44,367 nucleotides of DNA from a virus. The stretch lies in UHGV virus genome UHGV-0245551. The stretch is one strand, 5' to 3'. Each line of letters opens with the position of its first letter. The first letter of the stretch is position 1. The notes under the pieces are model-generated. The model saw nothing but the letters and a program-made list of their open reading frames with translations. It did not search any database and was not told where the DNA came from. The translations under genes were made by a program, and so were the position numbers. Below, piece after piece: positions 18,308 through 27,746 of this stretch.

Positions 18308-20974
18308 TTGAAATTAGATAACTTAATTACGAAACTTCACTCGTACTTTAGTCAAAAGTTTGTAAGTCAACTTGAGAATAACTTCGAACAAATAAAATAC
18401 TGGACTAATAAAAGTGATGATAGCTTTAACGAGCATTTAACCACTCAAAAAAATGCGCATACAACTGATCAAATCAAACACAAAACTACAAAAGGTAAAG
18501 ATGTTGTATTATCTAATCATGAAAATTATCAAGATGAACTTATTGAACATCTTGTGTTAGGACATAATGGAGATGGAATACAAGAATTAAGAGCAAGTCA
18601 CACATCAATGGACGCTCAAAGTTTCGATTCTTTACACCAACGTCTATATCACGACTTTTTAAGAGAAAGTAACGCTAGAGAAGAACTAAGAGCCGACTTA
18701 ACCAAGAAAATACAACGTATTGTTAATGTTGATGATTTCGGAGGAGATCCAACAGGACAAAAAGACAGTACAAAGGCATTTCAAGACGCATTAGGTAACG
18801 GCAATGTACAGGTAACTATGAGTGGCGGTACTTACCTTACAACAGGTATTAAAATGCCTAACAACTCTCGTTTGGTAGGACAAGGTAAAGACATTACTAC
18901 TATTAAGCTAATGGATAAAACACCAGCAGAGAACATAGGTATCACTAACTTAAAAATGAGTGGCGGAGCTGAAAACATTTCTTTAGAAAGTTTTTCGTTC
19001 AATGGGAATAAGTTTAGACAAAATAAAACACTTAAAGCTACCGGTGGCTCTCGTTCATCTAACATTAGATTTGCGGGTGTAACTAATGGATATATCTATA
19101 ACGTTAAATCATATGACGCTTTACTACACTGTATCGATGTAACATATGCAAATGACAATTATTACTACGAAGGCGATGGAAACAGAGTGCCTTACGCATT
19201 AGAAAGTAAGCATATTCATATTGATAATTGTGAGGCATATGGTTGCGGAGATGATGGTATCACTACCCATCACTCTCGTTACATTACAATTTCTAATTGT
19301 TATGCACATACACCAACAGGTGGAAGTAATAACAATGGTATAGAAATTGACGATGGCTCACAATATGTGTTCTTATCAAACAACAGAACCAAAGGTAACT
19401 TCGGTGGTTTAGAAATCAAAGCACACAGTAACACAAGTGCTGCAAGTGGCGTATTCGTTAACGGTCACGTATCAATCGAAGATACAAGAGCTTACAACAT
19501 TCGACACATCGGTCATCATAGAGCTAAAACGGACAATAAAAGTTTGACTGCTTATGACGTGGTGCTAAATAATTGCTTAGCTTTAAACCCTAAATACAAT
19601 GGTGTGTATCCAGGCTCAACACCTAGAGCATTATTAATCAGTGCTTATAGAAATGTTTCTGTAAATAACTTTACAGCTATAGGTGATAGTGATTTCGGAA
19701 AATTAGAAGGTGGAAAACTAGATAAAAAACAACCAGCAATAGCCATCCAATTCATGTCCGAAAACATCTCGCTTAATAATATTAATGTGCGTAACTTTAA
19801 AAATGCAGAAGTAGATATTAGATTATTTGGCGGAGATAATAGACCGTCTAGAGTATCACTAAATAACATAAATATTTGGAATTCATCTAACAATATCGGT
19901 ATCGGTGTTGGAAGTAAAATATACGACACTAAAATAACTAATTGTAACTTACACGGCAATGGTTCAGGTATAGGATTACGTTTGACAAATAACCACGCTA
20001 TGATTAGCGGCGTCACAGCTGATAATTATTCAACTTCTGCATGGATAGCAGGAGAAAAGTACGACACACCACCTACAGTAGGAAAAGGCGGCGCTAGTAT
20101 AGCGTCTACAGGAAGTGCTGGTGTAGCAAACGCTAGTGCAGTTATTGCATCTACAGGTGGTTCGAAAGCATACAGTAATCGTAGCTTTGTATTAGGTTCT
20201 GGTGCTAACTCCAAATCTTATGGTTCACGTAGCGGTATTATCAATTCACTTAATTCTGAAACTGATAAAAAAGGCCATACACAACTGATTATGAATAGTA
20301 ATCGTGTTAAGTCACCTGGTAACTATCATGTTGTCGCTGGATATGGTTCTAGTGGTAATGCTTCTACATCTAACATTAAATTTGATTTAAGCACTTATTC
20401 AGGAAACTTAACTTTAGCCGGTCAACTTAAACAAGATAGTGCCGATATCGCAGAGTTATTTGAGTCACAAAATGGATTAGCAATCGATTTAGGAACTATC
20501 GTTACATTAGACGGCGATAAGATAAGAAAAGCGCAACCTAATGACACACCAATTGGCGTTATATCTGGAACTGCCGCGTTGGTAGCGAACGAAAAAACGT
20601 TCCACCACAAAGATAGATTTCTTAAAAACGAATATGGTGTGACTATCACGAATAGAAAACAAGTTGAATTTGTAGATGATGAGGGCAACGTTTCTTTCGA
20701 ATGGCGTGACATACCAGTAGAAAACCCTGAATATAACGACAAAATCGATTATCAATCACGTTCAGAAAGACCTGAATGGAATGTAGTCGGATTATTAGGT
20801 CAAATCTACACAAACATTGAGAAAGACGTTATACCAGGCGACTATATCAACGGTAGAGCAGGTGTAGGATATAAAGATAATGTGAATGGTAAAGGCAGAG
20901 TCATGAAGATAACTTCTGAATACACTGAAGAACGTGGCTGTGCAATAGCATTAGTATTGTGGGGTGCTAAATAA
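18308..20974 (+). CDS. tail fibre / beta-helix (pectin-lyase-fold) protein, probable receptor-binding or depolymerase protein
   Basis: 888 aa; repetitive N-x-G/I-x-I beta-helix-like segments (NCEAYGCGDDGITTHHS, NNGIEIDDGS, NGSGIGLRLTNN); Gly/Ser-rich C-terminal region. Confidence 0.5.
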   Translation: MKLDNLITKLHSYFSQKFVSQLENNFEQIKYWTNKSDDSFNEHLTTQKNAHTTDQIKHKTTKGKDVVLSNHENYQDELIEHLVLGHNGDGIQELRASHTSMDAQSFDSLHQRLYHDFLRESNAREELRADLTKKIQRIVNVDDFGGDPTGQKDSTKAFQDALGNGNVQVTMSGGTYLTTGIKMPNNSRLVGQGKDITTIKLMDKTPAENIGITNLKMSGGAENISLESFSFNGNKFRQNKTLKATGGSRSSNIRFAGVTNGYIYNVKSYDALLHCIDVTYANDNYYYEGDGNRVPYALESKHIHIDNCEAYGCGDDGITTHHSRYITISNCYAHTPTGGSNNNGIEIDDGSQYVFLSNNRTKGNFGGLEIKAHSNTSAASGVFVNGHVSIEDTRAYNIRHIGHHRAKTDNKSLTAYDVVLNNCLALNPKYNGVYPGSTPRALLISAYRNVSVNNFTAIGDSDFGKLEGGKLDKKQPAIAIQFMSENISLNNINVRNFKNAEVDIRLFGGDNRPSRVSLNNINIWNSSNNIGIGVGSKIYDTKITNCNLHGNGSGIGLRLTNNHAMISGVTADNYSTSAWIAGEKYDTPPTVGKGGASIASTGSAGVANASAVIASTGGSKAYSNRSFVLGSGANSKSYGSRSGIINSLNSETDKKGHTQLIMNSNRVKSPGNYHVVAGYGSSGNASTSNIKFDLSTYSGNLTLAGQLKQDSADIAELFESQNGLAIDLGTIVTLDGDKIRKAQPNDTPIGVISGTAALVANEKTFHHKDRFLKNEYGVTITNRKQVEFVDDEGNVSFEWRDIPVENPEYNDKIDYQSRSERPEWNVVGLLGQIYTNIEKDVIPGDYINGRAGVGYKDNVNGKGRVMKITSEYTEERGCAIALVLWGAK

Positions 20975-22506
20975 TGGAATTAGAAAAAGTAGGTAAACTT
21001 GATTTAAATGAAGAACCATATTTACAACCGATATCTAATAGAGGTATCGGTTTTTATAATCTCGATAAAAATACTGCTAAATTTCAATTTGTAGTACAAA
21101 AAGACAACAAACCTTTGTTAATCAGCGATAAGAACGTTAAAGGTTATGCTTTCTTTAAAGCTGCGAACGGAACAGAAGAAAAACGACCTAGTACATCGGG
21201 TGTATTAGACGTAGAGTTCATTGATCCAATGAAAGGATTAATAGGCATTACGGTACCTCAATGGTTTCTGAAAAATGTTGTCGATTCTGAAGTGTTGGGT
21301 GAAATTTACTTATCACTCAATGATGTGAATAACGTAGGGAAAGACGACACTGTTGTGTTAGGTACTTTTAAATTCACGGTACGCGACAGTCTTATCAATC
21401 AAATAGAAAGCGACATTAAAGTATCTTATATTCGCATGTTTGATGATTTGCGTTCGGAATTAGAAAAGAAAGTGCAACAACTTAAGCAAGATATAGGCGA
21501 TACACAAACGTTGATTGAATCTATTAAGCAAACAGCTGAAGAATACCTCATTAAAATAAACAAGGCTCAAGCAGACGCTATTGTTTCAATTACAGACGCA
21601 TTATTGTCGTCTAACCAAAGCATTGACTTAGAGAGAGAAGAAGCGTTAAGACAAATAGATGCTAAACGTGACGCTATCAAGACGGATTATGATTTAGCTT
21701 CAGATACATTCCAAAAAATTTATGATAGCAATGTGGACGCTTTTAATTCAAATGTTAATCAAGCTAACACAACAATTGATGAAAAGCTACAAACATTTAA
21801 TGAAACCCTTGAAAGAGATGGCTTTACTACTCCTGAATATGTAGAAAGTAAGTTTACAGAAAAGGATTGGCAAAAATTTAAATTAACAAATGATGATGGT
21901 ACTAATTTTTATGATGCTAACCTACAAATAGATTTCGATAATAACGAACAATTAATGTCTTTACCGATAGGAACTAGATATGTTGTTCTTACTTTGAACA
22001 ACCCAACTGGAACAAATAATAATGGGTGGTTAACAAAGTATAAAAGAAATGGAGATGCAGTTCTAATACAATACCAACCTTACAATTCAACTGTAATCTA
22101 CCAAAAAAGATTTTATAAGAGTTGGAGTGGTTGGGAACGTGTCGGTTCAGATGTTGTAGATACTGGTTGGATTGATTTACAACTAGTGAACAGTGCATCA
22201 CCTCATAACGACTTAGTTACTAAGGGTGGCTTCACTAGTGCGTACAGAACAATTACACAAAATGGAGTTACTAAGAAAATGTTACGCATTAATGCTACAA
22301 CGATTAAACATGGACAGACCATTGCACTTTTACCTAAAGAATTCGTCAAAAACTTAATGTTTTTCTCAATAAGTGCACCTAGAAACAAAAATAGTGGACG
22401 TATTTCGTTGAACACATCAGGAACAGTGAATTTTGACGCTACTGTAGATCCATCAGCGTGGACTGATACAGATTATATTTACGGTCAATATGAATGGACG
22501 GAGTGA
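20974..22506 (+). CDS. tail fibre / receptor-binding protein candidate
   Basis: 510 aa; central coiled-coil region; C-terminal beta-rich domain; position after beta-helix protein. Confidence 0.45.
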   Translation: MELEKVGKLDLNEEPYLQPISNRGIGFYNLDKNTAKFQFVVQKDNKPLLISDKNVKGYAFFKAANGTEEKRPSTSGVLDVEFIDPMKGLIGITVPQWFLKNVVDSEVLGEIYLSLNDVNNVGKDDTVVLGTFKFTVRDSLINQIESDIKVSYIRMFDDLRSELEKKVQQLKQDIGDTQTLIESIKQTAEEYLIKINKAQADAIVSITDALLSSNQSIDLEREEALRQIDAKRDAIKTDYDLASDTFQKIYDSNVDAFNSNVNQANTTIDEKLQTFNETLERDGFTTPEYVESKFTEKDWQKFKLTNDDGTNFYDANLQIDFDNNEQLMSLPIGTRYVVLTLNNPTGTNNNGWLTKYKRNGDAVLIQYQPYNSTVIYQKRFYKSWSGWERVGSDVVDTGWIDLQLVNSASPHNDLVTKGGFTSAYRTITQNGVTKKMLRINATTIKHGQTIALLPKEFVKNLMFFSISAPRNKNSGRISLNTSGTVNFDATVDPSAWTDTDYIYGQYEWTE

Positions 22507-22510
22507 TGAA

Positions 22511-22849
22511 ATGAAAGTAGTTTATTTATGGAAAAATGGACAAGCAATTATTGTTCACAAAAACGAAGAAGATGAATATGTTTATCCTGATGAAAAATGG
22601 ACTGAGAACAAACCTCCTCAAGGTATTATCTTACCTTGCTATTATGACGGTAAACAATGGGTTGGACAAACCCAAGATGAGCTAGAAAAGATGTTGCCTG
22701 AAGTAGAAATTCCTGTTGATGACAAAGATATTGCTATAGCTAAATTAACTAGCTTAGTTGTCGATTTACAAGAAGAAGTTATGAGTTTGAAGCAGAACAT
22801 CGCACTAATAAATGAAGAACAAGCAAATCAAAAATTGGGGGAAGCATAA
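22511..22849 (+). CDS. hypothetical tail-module protein
   Basis: ORF track 22490..22849; ATG 22511 preceded by GGAGTG is the likelier start. Confidence 0.4.
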   Translation: MKVVYLWKNGQAIIVHKNEEDEYVYPDEKWTENKPPQGIILPCYYDGKQWVGQTQDELEKMLPEVEIPVDDKDIAIAKLTSLVVDLQEEVMSLKQNIALINEEQANQKLGEA

Positions 22850-22850
22850 T

Positions 22851-22991
22851 ATGGACAAAGTAGTAATCGATTTATATAAGAAGAAATTATACACTGACGA
22901 AACTTTCAAAAAGTTTGTTAGAGTTGGTTGGATTACTCCGGAGCAATTTAAAGAAACTACAGGTAAAGATTACGAACCACAAGTTAAATAG
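22851..22991 (+). CDS. XkdX-like small phage protein (46 aa)
   Basis: MDKVVIDLYKKKLYTDETFKKFVRVGWITPEQFKETTGKDYEPQVK*; below ORF-track cutoff; XkdX-family proteins commonly sit next to XhlA/holin genes. Confidence 0.4.
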   Translation: MDKVVIDLYKKKLYTDETFKKFVRVGWITPEQFKETTGKDYEPQVK

Positions 22992-23028
22992 CTTGTGGTT
23001 TTTATTTTAAGTGAAGTAGGTGTTTATA

Positions 23029-23327
23029 TGACAGAAAGTAGCCAAAGAGGGGATTACGAAAGACGTATAAAAAGATTGGAAGATAACGACGAAAAAATCT
23101 TCAACTCTTTGGAACAGATAAAAGACGGACAACACAATCAAAATTTGATTAATCAAAAAATGAATTTCACTTTGGACTCTATCAACAGAGAGAGAGAATT
23201 AGAATCTCAAAACAAAAAAGAAAATCAAAAAAACATCAAAGACATTAAAATGTGGGTTTTAGGATTGGTTGGCACTATAGCTGGTTCTTTAATCGTAGCA
23301 GTATTAAGAATGTTTTTCGGTGTTTAA
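23029..23327 (+). CDS. XhlA-like membrane protein (coiled coil plus C-terminal TM)
   Basis: ORF track 22995..23327; ATG 23029 (MTESSQ...); C-terminal WVLGLVGTIAGSLIVAVLRMFFGV transmembrane helix; RBS-like AGTAGGTG upstream. Confidence 0.4.
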
Positions 23328-23414
23328 AGGAGGTGAGTTACCATGTTCGGATTATTTTTAGGTGCAAGTTTTTGGGAATGTTTCTGGTTTGGTAAATGTA
23401 AATAATTGAGAAAC

Positions 23415-23445
23415 AAAGCCGGCTTTTTAGTCGGCTTTTTATTAT
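23415..23445 (+). terminator. intrinsic terminator after tail/XhlA module
   Basis: AAAGCCG-gctttttagt-CGGCTTT followed by TTATT. Confidence 0.5.
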
Positions 23446-23465
23446 GCCGGAAATGAGGTGGATAT

Positions 23466-23812
23466 ATGGGATTACCTAGTCCTAAAAGAAGAAAACCTAC
23501 TGCTTCGGAAGTTGCAGCATGGGCAAAAAGGATGATTGGCAGAAGAGTTGATGTAGACGGTTATTATGGCGCCCAGTGTTGGGATTTACCAAACTACATT
23601 TTCAATAGATATTGGCATTTTAAAACAACAGGAAATGCGATTGCTATGGCATGGTATAGATATCCTAAAGGCTTCAAATTCTATAGGAACACTAGAAACT
23701 TTGTTCCGAAACCTGGTGACATGGCAGTTTGGGGAAAGGGCTCCTTTAATAACGGTGTTGGGCATACTGCTGTTGTCATAGGTCCATCTACCAAAAGTTA
23801 CTTTACAAGCGT
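23466..23812 (+). CDS. virion-associated peptidoglycan hydrolase, exon 1 (CHAP domain N-terminal part)
   Basis: CHAP catalytic Cys (GAQCWDLPNYIF) and His (GVGHTAVVIG); frame is terminated 18 nt later by intron sequence; RBS GAGGTGG upstream. Confidence 0.6.
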
Positions 23813-24742
23813 TGAATGTAATTGGATATAGTTGTATAATAGACTCAAAGAGGTGTGTTATATGGCTAAAAAAATAGATAAAGAAAGCTTGATCGGGAAG
23901 ACAAAAGGAATATATACATTGATTGAAAACGTCAGTGTTACTCATTCGATTTTTAAGTGTGAAAAATGTGGTAAAACATATAAAATGAATTTTTATTCTT
24001 GGTATCGCAGAGGTAGGCAAATTTGTAAATGTATGTATAAAAATACTCATCACAAACTGTATGGTAGATATGATAAAATGCTTTATCGTTGCTATAATTC
24101 TAATTCAGATAATTATCAATATTATGGTGGTAGGGGCATAAAGGTTTGTGAACGTTGGAAAAATAACTTCAAAAATTTTCTAGAAGATATGCAACCTACT
24201 TATTTTGAAGGTGCTGAATTAGATAGAATTGATAACGATTCAGACTACTCTCCTAGTAATTGCAGATGGGTAACACATTCACATAATATGCATAATAGAA
24301 AGAATTTCAAGAACAAAACTAATTTTCCAGGCATTAAAAAGAATAAAAACGGATATGTTGGTAGAATTCAAATTAACAAAATTAGTTATGCCACTAGACA
24401 ATATCCAACCCCCGAAGAGGCTTTCGAGAAATTACAATTACTAAAACAGCGCCTATATTCAGAAATGAATATAAGCAAACCTCTCTAATTCATGGGATCC
24501 CCTAACGTAAAGACGAGGGCAATCATGAGCGAAGCCTATAAATAGGAACGTGCAACGACTATCGAAAGCGCACTAGACACTCTTTTGAGTGTCTTTTTTA
24601 GTGCAAGCAAGTAGAGTACATTCAAGTGAATGGAAACGAGAGGCAACCTAACAGGTTGATGATATAGTCTAGTCTATATGGAAACATATAGCAGTTCATA
24701 AGAGAACGGACAATGATTAACGACCATTGTTGAATATAAACG
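23813..24742 (+). mobile_element. group I intron (about 930 nt) interrupting the tail hydrolase gene
   Basis: 5' exon ends in U (23812). The intron ends in G (24742) immediately before open exon-2 frame that lacks any start codon for 270 nt. Core motifs: GACTA (24557-24561) and GATATAGTC (24661-24669, P7-like) lie downstream of the intron ORF. Splicing gives in-frame ...TSV|DQNWIGANSYTGSP... Confidence 0.6.
23832..24488 (+). CDS. HNH homing endonuclease encoded within the intron
   Basis: 218 aa; Cys-rich zinc-finger segment CEKCGKTYK...CKC; HNH motif ELDRIDNDSDYSPSNCRWVTHSHNMHN. Confidence 0.65.
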   Translation: MYNRLKEVCYMAKKIDKESLIGKTKGIYTLIENVSVTHSIFKCEKCGKTYKMNFYSWYRRGRQICKCMYKNTHHKLYGRYDKMLYRCYNSNSDNYQYYGGRGIKVCERWKNNFKNFLEDMQPTYFEGAELDRIDNDSDYSPSNCRWVTHSHNMHNRKNFKNKTNFPGIKKNKNGYVGRIQINKISYATRQYPTPEEAFEKLQLLKQRLYSEMNISKPL

Positions 24743-26297
24743 AGATCAAAATTGGATTGGTGCAAATAGTTATACAGGCTCACCTGGTGCGAAAATTAAA
24801 CATAGTTATAACGGTATAAGTGGGTTCGTCAGACCTCCCTACCACGCAGAAACTAAGAAACCATCGAAACCAAGTAGTACACCGTCCAAACCTTCTAATG
24901 ACAACACTCCTAAAAACACAAAAGAACAAACAAAACCTATAACTAAAGAGATTACCAAAGTTTCCTATACATCATTCGCATACGATTTAGACGATGATTT
25001 GGAATATATTTATCATTACATGGTTGAAGGGCAAAAGTTGATAGGGAAGGTAAAAGGTATATATATCAAAGAGAGTACACATATGCGTTCTGTTGAAGAA
25101 TTGTATTTACAACGTAATAAATATGTGAACGAAGATGAATACCCTCATGTATATATAGACCGAGAGCGTGTATGGACGCCTAGACCTGATTCAGAAGAAG
25201 CGCCAGAACATCCAGGTTGGCTTGTTATGGAAGTTTGTGGAGGACAAACAGAGAGTAAACGCCAATTCATGCTCAATCAAATCAGAGCGTTAATCTACGG
25301 CGTTTGGTTGCTAAGTTGGAGTAAGGTAAAACTATCTGAATCATCAATCAAAGCAGACCCTAATATATGGCGTTCTATGAAAGATTTAATTAATTACGAC
25401 TTAATCAAAAACGGTATTCCTGATGAAAGTAAATATAAAGAAGTAGAAAAGAAAATTATCGGTTTATATTTGAAAAGAGATAAATTACTTACAGAAACAA
25501 TTACTACAACAACTACAAAGACAACGATAAAAATTAAACCTAAAACTTCGGTCGACAATCCTTCACAGAACGATAAGTCGACAGGCAAAACGACAAACAG
25601 AACTTCAAATAAACCTCGTGTAGTTGTAGAGAAAAGTAAATATACTTTCCAACAAGCGCTTAATGCACAAATGGCTCATGGCATGCCTCAAAAATCTTAT
25701 AGTTGGGGTTGGGGCAATGCTTCTAGGTCACAAACAAGTAAGTATATGAATCCTAACACTATATGGAATAGTTCAACTCAACGCTATCAAATGCTAGATT
25801 TAGGAAAATATCAAGGTATATCAGTAAGTAAGTTGAATAAGATACTTAAAGGTAAAGGCACTTTATCTGGACAAGGTAAAGCTTTTGCAGACGGTTGTAA
25901 GAAGTACAATGTAAATGAAATTTACTTAATCGCTCACGCTTTCTTAGAGAGTGGATATGGCCGTAGTAACTTTGCTAGTGGACGTTATGGTATCTACAAC
26001 TACTTTGGTATTGCAGCTTACGACAACAACCCTAACGCTTCTATAGCATACGCTAGACGTCAAGGGTGGACGAGTCCACGTAATGGTATTATAGGTGGCG
26101 CTAAGTTCGTTAGAAAACAATTCTTCAACAAAGGTAAAAACACATTATACAGAATGCGTTGGAACCCTAAAAACCCTGGACATATGCAATACGCTACTGC
26201 GATTGAATGGTGTAACTTCCAAGCTACAACTATTAGTAGCTTATACAAAAAAGTAGGTGCAAAAGGTATGTACTACATTAGAGATAAATATAGATAA
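24743..26297 (+). CDS. virion-associated peptidoglycan hydrolase, exon 2 (CHAP C-terminal part, linker, GH73 glucosaminidase domain)
   Basis: Frame open from 24726 with no start codon until 24999; PSKPSSTPSKPS linker; YNVNEIYLIAHAFLESGYGRSNFA glucosaminidase motif. Confidence 0.6.
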
Positions 26298-26352
26298 CAA
26301 GGCTATTCACTGTGAGTGGGTAGCCTTTAATAACTAGAAAAGGTGGTTTCTA

Positions 26353-26862
26353 ATGCTAATAAATGTACTTAATTTAAATGACTCACAAGACGGCAATCGC
26401 ATTAAACAAGGTGACTTATCGCACATGCGATACATCTTGTCTGACACTAACAACGATGATTTAAAACTAGATGGATTACCTGCAAAAGTTTTTCTCACTG
26501 ACAGTACAGGTGTCAAATATATCTACGACACTACAGTTAGGCAATATGACAATGCCTATGTGTGCGATGTTGTAATCAATCAGATTATTCCTGCAAACAC
26601 GTATTCATTAGAAATATGGGTGGATAACAAGTATGTATTCCCGTCTGACAATAAAGCGAAAATTCAAGTGACAGAGAGTGTGATTGGTAGACAATTAATC
26701 AACACACAAAACCATGATTTATGGCAAGAAATGATTGAATACGGTGTAAAAAACGGATTAATTAAGAACCAAACTGAAAGCGAAGAAAATTTTGTCATTG
26801 GAGAAAACGAACCGACTGACACAACTAAAATTTGGATTGACACTACTGGAGGTAATGAATAA
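26353..26862 (+). CDS. hypothetical tail/baseplate-associated protein
   Basis: 169 aa; RBS AAAAGGTGG; overlaps next gene start (ATGA). Confidence 0.4.
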   Translation: MLINVLNLNDSQDGNRIKQGDLSHMRYILSDTNNDDLKLDGLPAKVFLTDSTGVKYIYDTTVRQYDNAYVCDVVINQIIPANTYSLEIWVDNKYVFPSDNKAKIQVTESVIGRQLINTQNHDLWQEMIEYGVKNGLIKNQTESEENFVIGENEPTDTTKIWIDTTGGNE

Positions 26863-27392
26863 TGAAAGCTATACCTAAAATTTTTGACAAGGAAAAAGGG
26901 CAATGGATTGAATTAATGGCTAAACCTATAGCAGAGGAAGTAGTTAAAATTATGAAAGAAGATTGGTTGTCTAATAAAAAAACGATTGATTATTGGTTGC
27001 TAAGCTATAAAGAACAAGGTATGGCTGAACCTATTCAACTTGCTATATTTACTGATGGCAATGAAGTTGATGAAACATTAAAAAGTAATTTAGAGTGGAG
27101 TTTTAACGGTTATGTATCTAATCTACAAAACAAAAAACTCTTTAATTTACAGGGTTTTATAAACGATTGCTATAGTAGAAAAATAGAATTACCTAAACAA
27201 TTCAAAGTCAACGCTACTGTAAATTTCGATAGTTTAGATGAGCCTATTTACTTACAGGAAATCGACAATATAACTACTAATGTTGATGTAATAGGTATGT
27301 TAGATGAATCTTCTAAAGGTTCGATTGAAGTTAAGTATATTTATAACGATCACCCTATAGAAGAGAAGAAATTAATAAAAGAGAACAAGTAA
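26862..27392 (+). CDS. hypothetical tail/baseplate-associated protein
   Basis: 176 aa; translationally coupled with previous ORF. Confidence 0.4.
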   Translation: MKAIPKIFDKEKGQWIELMAKPIAEEVVKIMKEDWLSNKKTIDYWLLSYKEQGMAEPIQLAIFTDGNEVDETLKSNLEWSFNGYVSNLQNKKLFNLQGFINDCYSRKIELPKQFKVNATVNFDSLDEPIYLQEIDNITTNVDVIGMLDESSKGSIEVKYIYNDHPIEEKKLIKENK

Positions 27393-27446
27393 TTTAAGTC
27401 AACGCATTGCGTTGGCTTTTTAATTTAACTAAAAGGAGTGTTATAT

Positions 27447-27734
27447 TTGAGAAATTTCTTAGGAATAAATTGGCATGTAAGATTTAATAATCCTATAGCT
27501 ATTATTCAATTAATTGTAGGTGCATTTATGCCTATTCTTGTTTATTTAGGAATTGATTGGCATTCATTAACTACTTGGGGTGCTGTTGGAGAAGCTTTAT
27601 TAAAATTTATTAGCAATCCAATTGCTGTAATTGGTGTGTTGGTAAGTCTATATATGTCGGCAGTAGACGGTACAAGTGCTGGTTTGTCCGATAGTTTAAT
27701 GGCTCAAGAATATAAGAAACCTAATAAGGAATAG
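27447..27734 (+). CDS. holin
   Basis: ORF track 27438..27734; TTG 27447 eight nt after AAGGAG is the likelier start; two to three TM helices and charged C-terminal tail (EYKKPNKE); immediately upstream of endolysin. Confidence 0.6.
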   Translation: MRNFLGINWHVRFNNPIAIIQLIVGAFMPILVYLGIDWHSLTTWGAVGEALLKFISNPIAVIGVLVSLYMSAVDGTSAGLSDSLMAQEYKKPNKE

Positions 27735-27746
27735 GAGGCCTATAAA

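Noticed and set aside
23566-24053. ORFs 23566..23781 (+) and 23586..24053 (-) across CHAP exon 1 and the intron
   Set aside because: They are shadow frames. They conflict with the well-supported CHAP and HNH reading frames.
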